Source of the DNA: an uncultured Candidatus Saccharimonadales bacterium
GTDB lineage: Bacteria > Patescibacteriota > Saccharimonadia > UBA4664
NCBI GenBank assembly: GCA_964609585.1
Contig: CAZSRA010000003.1
Span: 35,405 to 99,404 of the forward strand
Reading direction: 5' to 3'
DNA length: 64,000 nucleotides
Shown: positions 46,755 through 57,584 of the stretch, one piece after another
Numbering within the stretch: the first letter of the stretch is position 1
Layout: every line of letters begins with the position of its first letter
The notes under the pieces: generated by a model
Told to the model about the DNA's origin: nothing
The model's database searches: none
The model's input: only the letters and a program-made list of their open reading frames with translations
Position numbers and translations under genes: made by a program

Positions 46755-49406
46755 GTGGCCGATACAAAACTCCTAGACTATTGGATACACCTCTTGGAGG
46801 GGCTGCTGCCACTTGTTGTGTTAGTCCTAGGAGTCTTCATCTTGGTCGTTGCGCTTTTCTTGCTTGCCCTCCATGTATTGGACTTCATCAGGCTGTCTCG
46901 AAAGCCATCCGTCCTACTGGAGCTAACTCCTCCCGCAGGCTCCGATAATACGCCGCAAGCGACGAGCCAGATGTTTGCGGTGCTACACGGACTAAACGCA
47001 AGTCGGACGATTACTGATAAATTGTTACGTCGAAAGGTTCGGTTTGCCCTTGAGATTGTGTCTACTCGCGAGCTTGGCATCAGGTACCTCATCCGCGCCA
47101 GCGAAGATGATGCAACCACTTTTGAACATAGTATCAGGTCATATCTTCCGGATGCCAAACTCAAGCGAGTAGATGATTATTTGCCTGGAGCTCCGCATTC
47201 TCGGCCTGCGCGAATTGTTGAGGCAAATCAAACCGGCCACTTCGCATATCCCTTGCGTACGCAGTTCTCGCTAAGTCAATATGACCCAATAGCTTATCTG
47301 ACGGGCGCAATGACGAAGCTGGAGCCAGATGAAATCATGGCATTCCAGATTGTTGTTACGCCGGCTAAAGTTCGAAGTGCACAGACGCTCGCCCAAGGCG
47401 TATTTAAAAACGCCGAAATGATCGACCGACTTGGTGATCGGAGGTCATCAGTTACGACGTCTGTTTTTAGCGGAATCAACTCGGTGTTGTTTAGTCTGAC
47501 AGATGGAGTCGGGGAGGTATTTCATGGATCAGGATACACGCACCGGGGGAATGAGGCCATTACGAGCCATAGGCAACAAGTGGCGACGGGGATTAAACCG
47601 CCTCGCGTGTTGTCCGCAATTGAGCAGGAGCTGGCGACTGCTGTACACGAGAAACTTAGTCAGCCTTTGTTTAGGGCCAGCATTCGAGCCTTCGTGCTAG
47701 TGAATACAACCGAAAAGGAGAAGCAGCGCGTTCGTTCGCTCCGAGATTGGCTGTCGGCGCTTGGTGATCCGAGATTCCAAGCTCTGCGTGCCCGTATAGA
47801 GCTGCCGTTTCGGATGCTCCAACCATTCAGGCGTTTTATGTATTCTCGTCGAATGCCTGCGTTAAATCCAAAAAATGGCGGCATCTTTTCGGCCACCGAG
47901 ATCGGTGAGCTATATCATATTGCCCACTCCAAGACGGCTAAAACTGAGAATGTTGCTCGCTCCCTCAGCAAAACTTTGCCCGCGCAGATATCCCTCAAAA
48001 ACAATCCAACATTCGATATCGTACTCGGGCAGAATGTTCATCATGGGGCAACAACCGAGATTGGATTAACCATGGCGGAACGAGAGCGGCACGTCTATAT
48101 CATTGGTGGCACCGGCAATGGCAAAACAACCATGATGATGTACGGGATGGTGCAGGATCTGAAAAACGGGAAGGGTTTTGCGTTCGTAGACCCACACGGA
48201 GATGCCGCCGAAGAAATTCTGCGGCATGTGCCCGGAAGCCGCGTGCAAGATGTCATCTATTTCAATCCGGATGATTTGTCTTACCCGATTGGCCTAAACC
48301 TCCTCGAAATTCCCGAGGGTGTGACGGGCGATGACTTGTTACGCGAGAAAGACCGCGTAACCGAGGCTACAATTTCAGTGTTTCGAAAGATCTTTTCTGA
48401 CGACGGGACGGGTGGTCACCGCATTGAGTATGTGCTTCGAAATACGATCCAGACAGCTCTGACTGTGGAGGGTGCTACACTCTTTACGATATTTCGGCTC
48501 CTAAATGATGAGGAGTACCGCAAAGGGATTGTTGATAATTTGTTAGATGAAGATCTCAAGAACTTTTGGGAGAACGAGTTAGGGAAAGCCGGAGACTTCC
48601 AACGAGTTAAGATGAGCGCCGGGATTACAGCTAAAATCGGCCGTTTCTTATTCTCTGCATCTGCTAAGCGAATTCTTGAGCAGCCTCGTTCGACAATTGA
48701 TTTTGATGACATTCTCGACTCTGGGAAAGTCCTGATCTGTAATTTCTCAAAGGGAATTCTGGGTGAAGACACCTCAGAGTTATTCGGTATTACAGTGCTA
48801 GCAAAGTTGCAAATGGCGGCCTTAAGGCGTGCCAGAATTGGTGCGATGAACCGTCGACCGTACTTCTTATATGTTGATGAGTTTCAGAACTTCGCAACAA
48901 CTTCGTTTGTGCAGATGCTATCCGAAGCCAGGAAATACAAGTTATTTCTCACTATGGCAGAGCAATCCACCTCGCAGCAAGACGATCAGCAGATGGTAAA
49001 CATCATACTTGCGAACGTCGGAACGGTTGTATGCTTTCGCACAGGGAATCCGGCGGACGAGCAGTACCTCCTTCCTCTCTTTTCGCCTTATATCCAGGCT
49101 GGAGAGATAGCAAGCCTACCGACCTACAACTTTTATGCCAGACTGTCAGCTGTGACCTCTCAGGAGCCGACATCAGGTGAGACAATTGTTATAGGCGATA
49201 CCGGCAGCGAGGAGATCGCGGATAGGGTTAAGGGGGTTTCGAGGGCTGAATATGCGATAAAGTATGTTGAATCAAAGACGGTTGAAGCCGTCGTGCCGAA
49301 TAAAACAATACATAAGCCGAAGACACTTCCAAAAACGGATTCCAGAAGAGAACGTAAAGTAAATGCTAGAGCTACTGATATTCGGAGTAAGAAGAGTCGC
49401 CCGTGA
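46755..49406 (+). CDS. virD4: VirD4/TraG/TcpA-type type IV coupling protein (FtsK/HerA-superfamily ATPase)
   Basis: N-terminal TM hairpin, Walker A GGTGNGKT, Walker B LYVDEFQNF. 883 aa. Confidence 0.85.
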   Translation: MADTKLLDYWIHLLEGLLPLVVLVLGVFILVVALFLLALHVLDFIRLSRKPSVLLELTPPAGSDNTPQATSQMFAVLHGLNASRTITDKLLRRKVRFALEIVSTRELGIRYLIRASEDDATTFEHSIRSYLPDAKLKRVDDYLPGAPHSRPARIVEANQTGHFAYPLRTQFSLSQYDPIAYLTGAMTKLEPDEIMAFQIVVTPAKVRSAQTLAQGVFKNAEMIDRLGDRRSSVTTSVFSGINSVLFSLTDGVGEVFHGSGYTHRGNEAITSHRQQVATGIKPPRVLSAIEQELATAVHEKLSQPLFRASIRAFVLVNTTEKEKQRVRSLRDWLSALGDPRFQALRARIELPFRMLQPFRRFMYSRRMPALNPKNGGIFSATEIGELYHIAHSKTAKTENVARSLSKTLPAQISLKNNPTFDIVLGQNVHHGATTEIGLTMAERERHVYIIGGTGNGKTTMMMYGMVQDLKNGKGFAFVDPHGDAAEEILRHVPGSRVQDVIYFNPDDLSYPIGLNLLEIPEGVTGDDLLREKDRVTEATISVFRKIFSDDGTGGHRIEYVLRNTIQTALTVEGATLFTIFRLLNDEEYRKGIVDNLLDEDLKNFWENELGKAGDFQRVKMSAGITAKIGRFLFSASAKRILEQPRSTIDFDDILDSGKVLICNFSKGILGEDTSELFGITVLAKLQMAALRRARIGAMNRRPYFLYVDEFQNFATTSFVQMLSEARKYKLFLTMAEQSTSQQDDQQMVNIILANVGTVVCFRTGNPADEQYLLPLFSPYIQAGEIASLPTYNFYARLSAVTSQEPTSGETIVIGDTGSEEIADRVKGVSRAEYAIKYVESKTVEAVVPNKTIHKPKTLPKTDSRRERKVNARATDIRSKKSRP

Positions 49407-49512
49407 GATTCGATTCTGTGTGGCGTTGGTTTATGTTATCCCGTGTTTTCCCCGAAATAATCAGTGTCCTAGGGGTCCGATTATAATTCGGGATTAATCA
49501 TCGTGTATGTCA

Positions 49513-49995
49513 TCAATAAGGAAACTTCGGGACTGATTCCATCACAAGGTTTGGATCCCAACCTACGAACTTGGCCTTAGCCACGGCTTGCTCTGCTAAC
49601 TTTTGGATATAAACGTTGGCGGCAGGGGTGAAGTGATCAATCAGGGTGCTATAGGTTATATAGAGAGCTTCAGCTTGTTCAGTATGTCTTAGGGCGCCGT
49701 CGTCCCAAACATCATAGAGATCCTGTGCGGTTCGCTCATTGAGCGGATAGCCTTCGGGCTTATTGCCGAAGCCGATCTCAGTGAGAGGCCCCCAATTGGG
49801 CGTGGCCGGTGCGATTAGCTCAAAGCTATTGTCTTCAGTGATAATGTGGGCTTCTACATATTTGACGGTTTGTGTTTGGAATGGGACGAGGATCATTATG
49901 TTTGAATTGTCATTAATCGACCATCGCATAACCGTTAGTCCGATAGGAATCCGGCTGTCTAGTGTTGTAAGACTGGAGTCTGCTGCGATTAACAT
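49513..49995 (-). CDS. Hypothetical protein, possible second/orphan immunity protein downstream of the RHS toxin
   Basis: Small acidic cytoplasmic ORF in the position where orphan immunity genes accumulate. No family recognised. Confidence 0.3.
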   Translation of the reverse strand: MLIAADSSLTTLDSRIPIGLTVMRWSINDNSNIMILVPFQTQTVKYVEAHIITEDNSFELIAPATPNWGPLTEIGFGNKPEGYPLNERTAQDLYDVWDDGALRHTEQAEALYITYSTLIDHFTPAANVYIQKLAEQAVAKAKFVGWDPNLVMESVPKFPY

Positions 49996-50016
49996 TGTTA
50001 TCTTGTTTTAACAGGA

Positions 50017-50421
50017 TCAATTGGAGTTTTGGTCTTTTTCGGCTTCAATGCGCAATTCAGCAAATGCCTGATAGCCAGCTGGCGTTCCGTCCTCTATATC
50101 TTCACTGAATGTGCCATAAAGCGGGTTAGCATAGACTACTTCGTGGCCATAACCTTCCCACTCGTCCTTAACCCAATCCGAAGGTTTATGATCGTCGGTT
50201 ACTTCGAAAAATGCTGCAGGCATCCACCAAGGGACGTGCGGAGATATTTCATCTGTTAGAACCCAATAGAAATCCCCGTAATCATTGCGTCGTGTACCGT
50301 AGACTATATATTCTATTCCAATAGTCAGATCAGTAGCGCCGGCTTCATCTTGATGGTAGGCGAATTTTTGACTCTCTTTCGGAAGAGTATTTATGTTGTT
50401 GGCTATGCATTTTGCTTTCAT
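50017..50421 (-). CDS. Putative cognate immunity protein of the RHS toxin
   Basis: 134-aa acidic ORF whose start overlaps the RHS stop by ATGA. This is the classical toxin-immunity gene arrangement. Confidence 0.4.
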   Translation of the reverse strand: MKAKCIANNINTLPKESQKFAYHQDEAGATDLTIGIEYIVYGTRRNDYGDFYWVLTDEISPHVPWWMPAAFFEVTDDHKPSDWVKDEWEGYGHEVVYANPLYGTFSEDIEDGTPAGYQAFAELRIEAEKDQNSN

Positions 50422-53400
50422 GGTACTATCTTAAGCTGCTTTACGGCGTTTAGTATAGGGCTCCAGAAATAGTGTACTGTCACCTTTGGTTTTGATGCAT
50501 CCATAGGTCGGTGCGTATATTGCATTTTTTGCCAGCCTCCAGCTGCAGGGTAACTTGGGTCTTTAATCTTGCCCTGCATCCTCTCTTTTCCGATTGCCGG
50601 ATTGCTTAGAACTTCTTTCATTGTCAGTTGTTCTGGAAGTGTGGTTGTGGGACCGGGGGTATCAGACAGCCCGTTTAACAGCTCATTGATGTATGGGACT
50701 AGGAGGATGAGACATTCCGGCAAGCACCTCCCGGTCAAATCGGAACTATTTACTGGATCCTGGGGGTATATGAATGGATTCGCGTTGCCTCCATCCACCG
50801 GGTCGACTTGGGCGAACCTGCCCAAGGTCGGGATGTAAAGCCTGGCACCGAGCTGGAGATATTGATTATAGGTTTGTCGGTCTTGAAGTATGCCTTGTTG
50901 GCCTGACCAGCCGAGGCTTTCGCCATTCGACAAGTTTGTGGGGGGATTCGTTCCGAAATTGGGATAGTTAGTGATGGTATTACCAAAGGGTTCATATTGG
51001 GCCGTTTGGTTCAGGGCTCCAGTTCCGTCTGTTGTAGCGAAGAAGTCTCCATGAAGGTTCGGGAGAGAGTAGGTTGTCACGGGTGACGAGAATGGCCTCA
51101 CACTATAGCTGACACCACCCGGAAGCTGGATTAGTGAATCCATGAGGGTGCCACCTGAATTCTTCATGAAGGCGGGATTCGAACCAGATCCTGTGTAGCC
51201 ATAGTACGTATTCTGAGCTGAGTCTCTGACATAGATCGGGCGGTCTACGGCATCGTTTGTGTTGTATACGCCGTTTGAATCTCTGATATATACATTACGA
51301 TCCGACGAATCATAGTCTAAATAGGTTGTCGCTGATGAATAGCCACTGAAGTTCATGTTCCAATGTGCGTCATATTGAGGTGCCAAGAATGACATATAGG
51401 CCGTTGGGTCCGCAGACGAAGTGAGGCGGTCCGCATAGTCGTAGCAATACGTCGTTGTGTGATTGCCATTGGAATCAACTCGCGTCATACTCGTGCGATT
51501 CGAATTCTTGCCTGCGTTTACATTGTATGTTCCGGTGCAACTTGTTGGCGCACCAAATGTATATGCATATGAATTTGAACCTATTGAAGCCGTCAGAAGG
51601 CGGCCGTCCTTATCATATGTCTCGGATTTAGCTGCGCCATTTTCCGTTCCTGAGATAACCTGACCTGATTGGCTAAGCGTTACGTTGTCCGCGATCGTGG
51701 AGGTTCCGTTGCCGAGTGTGTAATTAGCGCTATTTTTGCGCCCCAGGCTGTCGTAACCGATTGTTACACCTAGCGAGCCGGCTCCGGGATATGTAACTGT
51801 GCTCAATCTGCTGTAGGCATCATACGTTGGGCTTGCTAGGGTAACACTATTTAGCTGTTGCGAGGTCATTCGGTTAAAGTTGTCATATCCGAAGCCCTCT
51901 GTTCCAATTGGGCTAACTTTGCTGATAAGTCGGCCGAGATTATCGTAGCTGTATGTTGTCGAGTTACCGTTGGCATCTACATAGGTTGTGGTCCGATTTA
52001 GAATATCCGAGGTTGTCGTAACCGTTCCTGAGCTATCCGAGACATTAGTGACGAGTGGGTTTCCACTTACGGCGTAATTGTAGTTAATGGTTCGGGCAGG
52101 TTTTACGACACCTGTGGCTGGATTGGTTGGTTGAGATGGATAGGCTTTTTGAGTAATACGGCCTCTGGCGTCATAGGTATTACAAACCCATGCTTCGGTA
52201 TTCTGGCGTGTAGCAATGGTTCTTCCGGCGTCATCATATACCGTTTCGCTAGCGAGGCCACCCGTACCATTATTAGCTGGACTTGCCTGTGTGCTTAACT
52301 TAATCATCCCGGCCTGCTTAAACGTTTGGGCGGTGTTGCACGGGTTTTGCCTGGTTTCGGTGGCTCCATAATACGTATATGTTTCGGACGGGTTTGCAGT
52401 TGCGGAGCCCGGGAGGCTCTTGGTTAATTGACGCAAGTAACTTCCGGTTCCGGTCGGGGTCTCATATGTGTAGTTGGTAGTTAAGTTTAGCCCTGCTGGA
52501 TCGACGGTGCTGCTTTGGACTAGACCCAATTCAGGATTAACCCCATACGCGTTGGTCTTGGTTCGATCACCAACCGATGCGCTCGAATCGCTGGTAGTTT
52601 GACTCGTTGTTAGGCTGTAGAGAGGTGTCAATAAGCTTCCTAGTGAGCTGGTTTCTACTCCTCCTGGCGGAGTCATAAACATTTGAAGTGTGGCGTTTGT
52701 GGCACCTACATGGTTGTAGTAATCAACTCGGATACGATGCCAGGAATCTGTTGTGTTATTAAACCCTAGATATCCGGATGTCATTGCGTGTGACCTGGGC
52801 GCGCCATCCGCCCAGTCATCAATGACGAGGGTGTCGTCAATCCAGACTCGCACTCCGTCATTTGAGTATGCACGGAAGGTATAGTTTCCAACTGAACCCA
52901 AATGTATGTCGCCGGTTAATCTTGTACCCCAGCCATACCCGCTATCAGGAGTAAATGGAGGCGTGGCATTCCAAGTTTGATTAATGTCTCCATTGACATT
53001 GCCGACACCGGTTGTGTGCAGCTTAGGGCTCCCCCAGAGCAGCTTTGTTGATGTTCCGGTGCCATTGGATTGCGTATCGACATCATAATATGCTGCCGCT
53101 AGGCTCTTGATGTTTTCGTCGTAGCCGGTTTTTTGGTGTGGCACCTGCGAGGTATAGGCAGATAGCGGCATGTCATAGGTGCTATCCGCGGGGTTGGTGT
53201 CAAACCATGCCGAGGGTGCGGGGCCATACTGATCGGTGGCTCGCTTGTCGTAGTCATAAAGCGTCGTGATCATGTACTGAGCTGAATCCGTCTCACTTCT
53301 TGGAAGGTCCTTAACTGGATCCCAATTTATTTTAGAATCAAGATTTGCAACGTCGAAGCTGTCAGTAGTGCGTTGAGTTGCGTCATACAATATTTTGCGA

Positions 53401-56400
53401 CTGAAGCCATTGGGTTCGGTAGCATTTGAAACATGCATGAGGGTTTGAGCGTTGTAGTAATTGTAAGTATGAGCTTGGCGTACCGCTCCTGCTGTTGCTG
53501 CTGGCATAGTTACCGAAAGTACGTGACCCAGGGCATCGTATGTGACGGAAGTTAATTCGGTGCCGTCTTTTGCCCTAACCCCGGCTATTGCCGCATCGTT
53601 CGCAAGCGTATTGCGAGTGCTCGATAGACACCCTGGGCACGAATTGGTTCCATTATTCGGTAGATAGCTGAAATCGGTGTAATCATTTCCTGGCTTAATA
53701 ATTTCCGATAGCCTCGGCGTAGTGCCGTCTAAAACGTACTGTAATTGAGTTACATTTCCATTTGAGAGGCTGACCGGTGACGCCTGAGTGCCATCAGAGG
53801 TAGAAAAAGCACAGATCATACCCGGAGTGCTTGAATAAGACACGAAACCGCTCGCAACCGATGGGCAATTTGTGGTATCTCCACTGTAGTAGATCTTCAT
53901 CCACCTTGAAGTATCTACTGGATCTGTTATTTGAGTAACATGAGGAATGACGCTACCCCCACTAGTCCCATAGGTATATGTCAAAGCAGTTGGATGTAAA
54001 TCATCTACGGATGTTGTGGCCGATTTTATCGTCCCGTCGATGTTAAAAACATAGGTGCGACCATCGCTATCCTGCAGCGTTATAGTGCCGTCACCATTCC
54101 TCCACATATGACCACTGTCGTTCACGGGAGGAGTAAAACCTCCATTTACAAATTGGTAATCGTGCGAAAGGCCAGTCGAGTCATATAATATGACACTCCC
54201 TTGGCTTATAACCGCATAGTCATATGAGAGCACACCGGCGTTATTAAGGCCGAGGTTCCATCCTTCGGGCAGGATATTGGCCTGAGGGCTGAGCAGACTG
54301 GAATCCACTATCCTATCTGGCTGGCTTGTTCCCAGCGCGGCTTGCTGCATATATATCGCTAGCTGAGCAGCTGAACCATCCGTGACGTGGCTATCTTTGT
54401 AATAATCGATCTCAATTGGAATCGTTTGGCCAGCTGTGAGTGGAATACCTAAGCCGTATACGATTGGGCTAGCGGCATGGTTTGACCAAGAGTTTAATAC
54501 CGTATTCGTACCGCTCAGAATTATTCGTACGCCATCATTTGCTCCGGCACCAAAGGTGTATGTATCGGCAACTGGAGCGGTAAAATACCCATTCCAGCGA
54601 ACTATGTATTTGTCCGTTGGACCATTGGGGACCGGGGAGCCTGTGCCCCAGTTGAAGTTCATGCCGGTGTCAGTTCTTTTCAGGAAGGAGTTATTCGTAT
54701 TTGTAGTGTCAAAGGTATGGGTGCCGTCGTCGGTATAATACTGACCATAGAGACCGTGGCTAGCAGTAATCGGCTGAACCCCCGTTTGTAACCAGGATGG
54801 ATTTACTACGCCCGTAATGGTGCCGTCACTCGTCTTTGCTAGTAGATGAACTTGGGAAGAGCCTGTAGCTTGGAAGTACTCATATTTGATCTGCACCACT
54901 TGACCTGCGGTTAGAGCTACACCTGCTCCATATACATTTGTTGGAAGCGCCGACCACTGATCGAGATAAGCAGTGCTTGACCCGTTAAGGAAAACTCTGC
55001 TGCCGCCGTTACTAGTGGTGCCAAATTGATACGTGCCATTTTGAGGTGCTACAAAATAACCAGACCATCGTACGAGATAGTTCGTTGAGGTAATTAGGCC
55101 TGGATAAGGGCTTTGACTGTTCCAGGCGAAGTCAGCATTGGAGTCAACTCGCTGCAAGAGAGGCGCAGTTGTTGGAAACGCGTGCGTCCCAGATGGGTCA
55201 TTCCAGTATTGACCTACAATTCCCTGTTCAGAACGTTGGGGTGAATTGTAAGCAAGACTGGTTCCGATACTCCCACCTAGTGCGGTAATTGAGTGAGTAT
55301 CGATACCGGTACTCAGATTGCCCGTAGCCATATCGACGTTTACCGGGCCGACCTGATCGATGGATTGCGTTTTATCTTTACCATTTCTCAAATCGACACT
55401 GAAAGAATAGACTGGTCCGTAGGTGTCTGGCGCACCTGTGTAATTGTCCCAAACGACTGGCTGCCAGAAATATGTGTTGCCGTCCTGAAGTACGTTGCTA
55501 GGTACGGTCCATTGATTTATCGGGAGGTGGCCAGAGTCGGCTACAAGACCGGTTAAGCTGGGGACCATATTAAATGGGTTTGAAGTAGGTATATTTTTCG
55601 TTGTTCCAACGATAAAGCGATATTGGAATGAACTAGAATCAGGATCAACAATCGAGCTTGGCTTCGTAAACAGCGTAGGTTGTGTGGAGATTGATATACC
55701 CCCATTTGCTGGAGACTGGGTGTCAGTAGTATATCCGGATGGTAGTGTATCGAAATTGAGCGTAATGGAAGTTTTGGTATCGTCAAATTCTTTTAGTGTA
55801 TTGCTCGTGCTCTCGTCGCCGCGAACCATCATCCAGGGGTTGAGATTGCCTGCTGCTATGGCATTGCGATACACAGTAGTGACATCAATATCTGGTGGAG
55901 TATTTGATGAGCTATTAGTAGCGACTGAGCCAGACGATTCTCCCCACGCATTGTCGTAGCACGTCCAGCTAGTCTGACAAGTTGAGTGATCGACAGCTAT
56001 GGTTTCATTTGCCGGATTGCCGGAATACAGTTCGAGGTGCATTTGAGCAGAGACTAAGTAGGTGTATGGTGGCGATGGCACAGTAATTGGTACGTGGAAT
56101 GCAAATCGCCATTTGTTGCCGCTGGCGTCTTCTCCGACGGTATTTGCACACCCTAGACCGGTGCAAGTCGTTCCCGTAGACTCAAAATCTTCATAGGATG
56201 CGCCAACCAGTATTGGCGGGTCGATAGCAATTGGAAATGCAGAGAATGGCTGGGAGTTAAGCCAGCTTTGATCAAGCCCTATGTTAAATGTGCCATTTGA
56301 ATATGACTGACTAGCGACTACGGCGGAGTTGTCTGTTTTGTGATCGGCAGAATTAACCGTAGGAGCTGGGATTACAAAACCACTAAAAGCCCCGTCTAGA

Positions 56401-57275
56401 TCGTAGGCTCCGGTCACTTTGTTGTCCGACACTAGGTTAGCGCCACTGGTTGTAAAAGCCAGATTAGCTGACGCGGCTTTGCTTTTTACAATTATGGTTT
56501 CTTGAATTTCAGAACCTGATACGCGATATCGCAGATCTATCCCCTGCCACACATTCCGATAAAGCACTGCTTGATTTGGTGAATTACCCGAAACAACTGG
56601 CTTCACACTATTTGCACCTATGGGAGAAAATGCAAATACGTGGCCGCTTTTTGTAATCTTAATGCCGTCTTGAGAGATGTCTCCAAAGGAAACTTGCCAT
56701 GAGTTGGCTTTTGAATGCCAATTTCCGTTTGTTGAATCCTCGACGAGCGTGGGGTCAACACCCTGCCACTTGCCGCTCTCGTCCTGATAATTGGTAGCTT
56801 CAAGTGTATGGACAAGGGATTTTGATCCATCGGCATTTTGGTAAATCGTATCGTTTGCTGTGCGACCTTCGTCTAATGCGCTGACATGCCGTAAGTCTGT
56901 GGCACCTTTCTTGAATGATGCAAGCTCTTCACCGAGCTTGGCATTTACGGTGTCGGGCATCTTATCTATTGTCTTTTTGCCCTCTTGGGTAGTATTCGCC
57001 GCAGGTGGAAATGTGGCTTGCTGATCTGCGACGAGTGGGCGTGGAATCCGAGCTTGAGCGTTATTATAGCTGGCGACGAGAGCGGGGAAGCTAATAGCCA
57101 GAATATTCAGGGAGAGCGCAGCGATGGCAATAATATTGAACGGCCGTCGCAGGGTGATTGCAGAAATGGTGCGCATTTTTGGTCTAGATAACCTGACTCT
57201 TTTTGTCCTGCGAGCTGCAAGCTTCACTTTCTCACTAAGCTTCATATTTAGACCATCCATCAGAGCCATACCCAC
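50418..57275 (-). CDS. Giant RHS/YD-repeat polymorphic toxin (2285 aa) with N-terminal membrane anchor, three PA14 domains and a variable C-terminal toxin domain
   Basis: N-terminal TM anchor. Three PA14-like modules (GQYWNDPSG...; GLYGQYYTDDG...; AAYYDVDTQSNG...). Numerous YD repeats (YDARGRITQK, YDNLGRLISK, YDSLGRK, YDKDGRLL, YCYDYADRL). RHS core end RFAQVDPV...YPQDPVNSSDLTG, followed by a ~100-aa C-terminal tail of no recognised family. Confidence 0.85.
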   Translation of the reverse strand: MGMALMDGLNMKLSEKVKLAARRTKRVRLSRPKMRTISAITLRRPFNIIAIAALSLNILAISFPALVASYNNAQARIPRPLVADQQATFPPAANTTQEGKKTIDKMPDTVNAKLGEELASFKKGATDLRHVSALDEGRTANDTIYQNADGSKSLVHTLEATNYQDESGKWQGVDPTLVEDSTNGNWHSKANSWQVSFGDISQDGIKITKSGHVFAFSPIGANSVKPVVSGNSPNQAVLYRNVWQGIDLRYRVSGSEIQETIIVKSKAASANLAFTTSGANLVSDNKVTGAYDLDGAFSGFVIPAPTVNSADHKTDNSAVVASQSYSNGTFNIGLDQSWLNSQPFSAFPIAIDPPILVGASYEDFESTGTTCTGLGCANTVGEDASGNKWRFAFHVPITVPSPPYTYLVSAQMHLELYSGNPANETIAVDHSTCQTSWTCYDNAWGESSGSVATNSSSNTPPDIDVTTVYRNAIAAGNLNPWMMVRGDESTSNTLKEFDDTKTSITLNFDTLPSGYTTDTQSPANGGISISTQPTLFTKPSSIVDPDSSSFQYRFIVGTTKNIPTSNPFNMVPSLTGLVADSGHLPINQWTVPSNVLQDGNTYFWQPVVWDNYTGAPDTYGPVYSFSVDLRNGKDKTQSIDQVGPVNVDMATGNLSTGIDTHSITALGGSIGTSLAYNSPQRSEQGIVGQYWNDPSGTHAFPTTAPLLQRVDSNADFAWNSQSPYPGLITSTNYLVRWSGYFVAPQNGTYQFGTTSNGGSRVFLNGSSTAYLDQWSALPTNVYGAGVALTAGQVVQIKYEYFQATGSSQVHLLAKTSDGTITGVVNPSWLQTGVQPITASHGLYGQYYTDDGTHTFDTTNTNNSFLKRTDTGMNFNWGTGSPVPNGPTDKYIVRWNGYFTAPVADTYTFGAGANDGVRIILSGTNTVLNSWSNHAASPIVYGLGIPLTAGQTIPIEIDYYKDSHVTDGSAAQLAIYMQQAALGTSQPDRIVDSSLLSPQANILPEGWNLGLNNAGVLSYDYAVISQGSVILYDSTGLSHDYQFVNGGFTPPVNDSGHMWRNGDGTITLQDSDGRTYVFNIDGTIKSATTSVDDLHPTALTYTYGTSGGSVIPHVTQITDPVDTSRWMKIYYSGDTTNCPSVASGFVSYSSTPGMICAFSTSDGTQASPVSLSNGNVTQLQYVLDGTTPRLSEIIKPGNDYTDFSYLPNNGTNSCPGCLSSTRNTLANDAAIAGVRAKDGTELTSVTYDALGHVLSVTMPAATAGAVRQAHTYNYYNAQTLMHVSNATEPNGFSRKILYDATQRTTDSFDVANLDSKINWDPVKDLPRSETDSAQYMITTLYDYDKRATDQYGPAPSAWFDTNPADSTYDMPLSAYTSQVPHQKTGYDENIKSLAAAYYDVDTQSNGTGTSTKLLWGSPKLHTTGVGNVNGDINQTWNATPPFTPDSGYGWGTRLTGDIHLGSVGNYTFRAYSNDGVRVWIDDTLVIDDWADGAPRSHAMTSGYLGFNNTTDSWHRIRVDYYNHVGATNATLQMFMTPPGGVETSSLGSLLTPLYSLTTSQTTSDSSASVGDRTKTNAYGVNPELGLVQSSTVDPAGLNLTTNYTYETPTGTGSYLRQLTKSLPGSATANPSETYTYYGATETRQNPCNTAQTFKQAGMIKLSTQASPANNGTGGLASETVYDDAGRTIATRQNTEAWVCNTYDARGRITQKAYPSQPTNPATGVVKPARTINYNYAVSGNPLVTNVSDSSGTVTTTSDILNRTTTYVDANGNSTTYSYDNLGRLISKVSPIGTEGFGYDNFNRMTSQQLNSVTLASPTYDAYSRLSTVTYPGAGSLGVTIGYDSLGRKNSANYTLGNGTSTIADNVTLSQSGQVISGTENGAAKSETYDKDGRLLTASIGSNSYAYTFGAPTSCTGTYNVNAGKNSNRTSMTRVDSNGNHTTTYCYDYADRLTSSADPTAYMSFLAPQYDAHWNMNFSGYSSATTYLDYDSSDRNVYIRDSNGVYNTNDAVDRPIYVRDSAQNTYYGYTGSGSNPAFMKNSGGTLMDSLIQLPGGVSYSVRPFSSPVTTYSLPNLHGDFFATTDGTGALNQTAQYEPFGNTITNYPNFGTNPPTNLSNGESLGWSGQQGILQDRQTYNQYLQLGARLYIPTLGRFAQVDPVDGGNANPFIYPQDPVNSSDLTGRCLPECLILLVPYINELLNGLSDTPGPTTTLPEQLTMKEVLSNPAIGKERMQGKIKDPSYPAAGGWQKMQYTHRPMDASKPKVTVHYFWSPILNAVKQLKIVP

Positions 57276-57584
57276 AACCTCCTGATTTAAAGCTTAGAAC
57301 AGTTTCCTTACTTAGATTCTAAGGTTTGGCTTTGTATTGCTGCAAGCTTATCATGGAGCATAAGAGTTATCAGATACAGCATCTTGACTATTAGTCAACC
57401 TTCTAAATAATTGTCTCTGTTTAGTATCATTGATTGGAAATATCGCCAATGAGTGTTTACCTTATCCCCAGGACGAGAAAAACTGTAATTCTTAAGTTAT
57501 CCTGAATTTTTGGGGATAACTATTTGTCAATTACTATAAATAGAATTAACAGTAAAATACTACTAATACAGGTTGGCTGGGGGT

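Noticed and set aside
41593-49406. Calling the T4SS an ICE/conjugative plasmid backbone
   Set aside because: No relaxase, integrase, oriT or replication gene is visible in the window. The element type cannot be assigned from this sequence alone.
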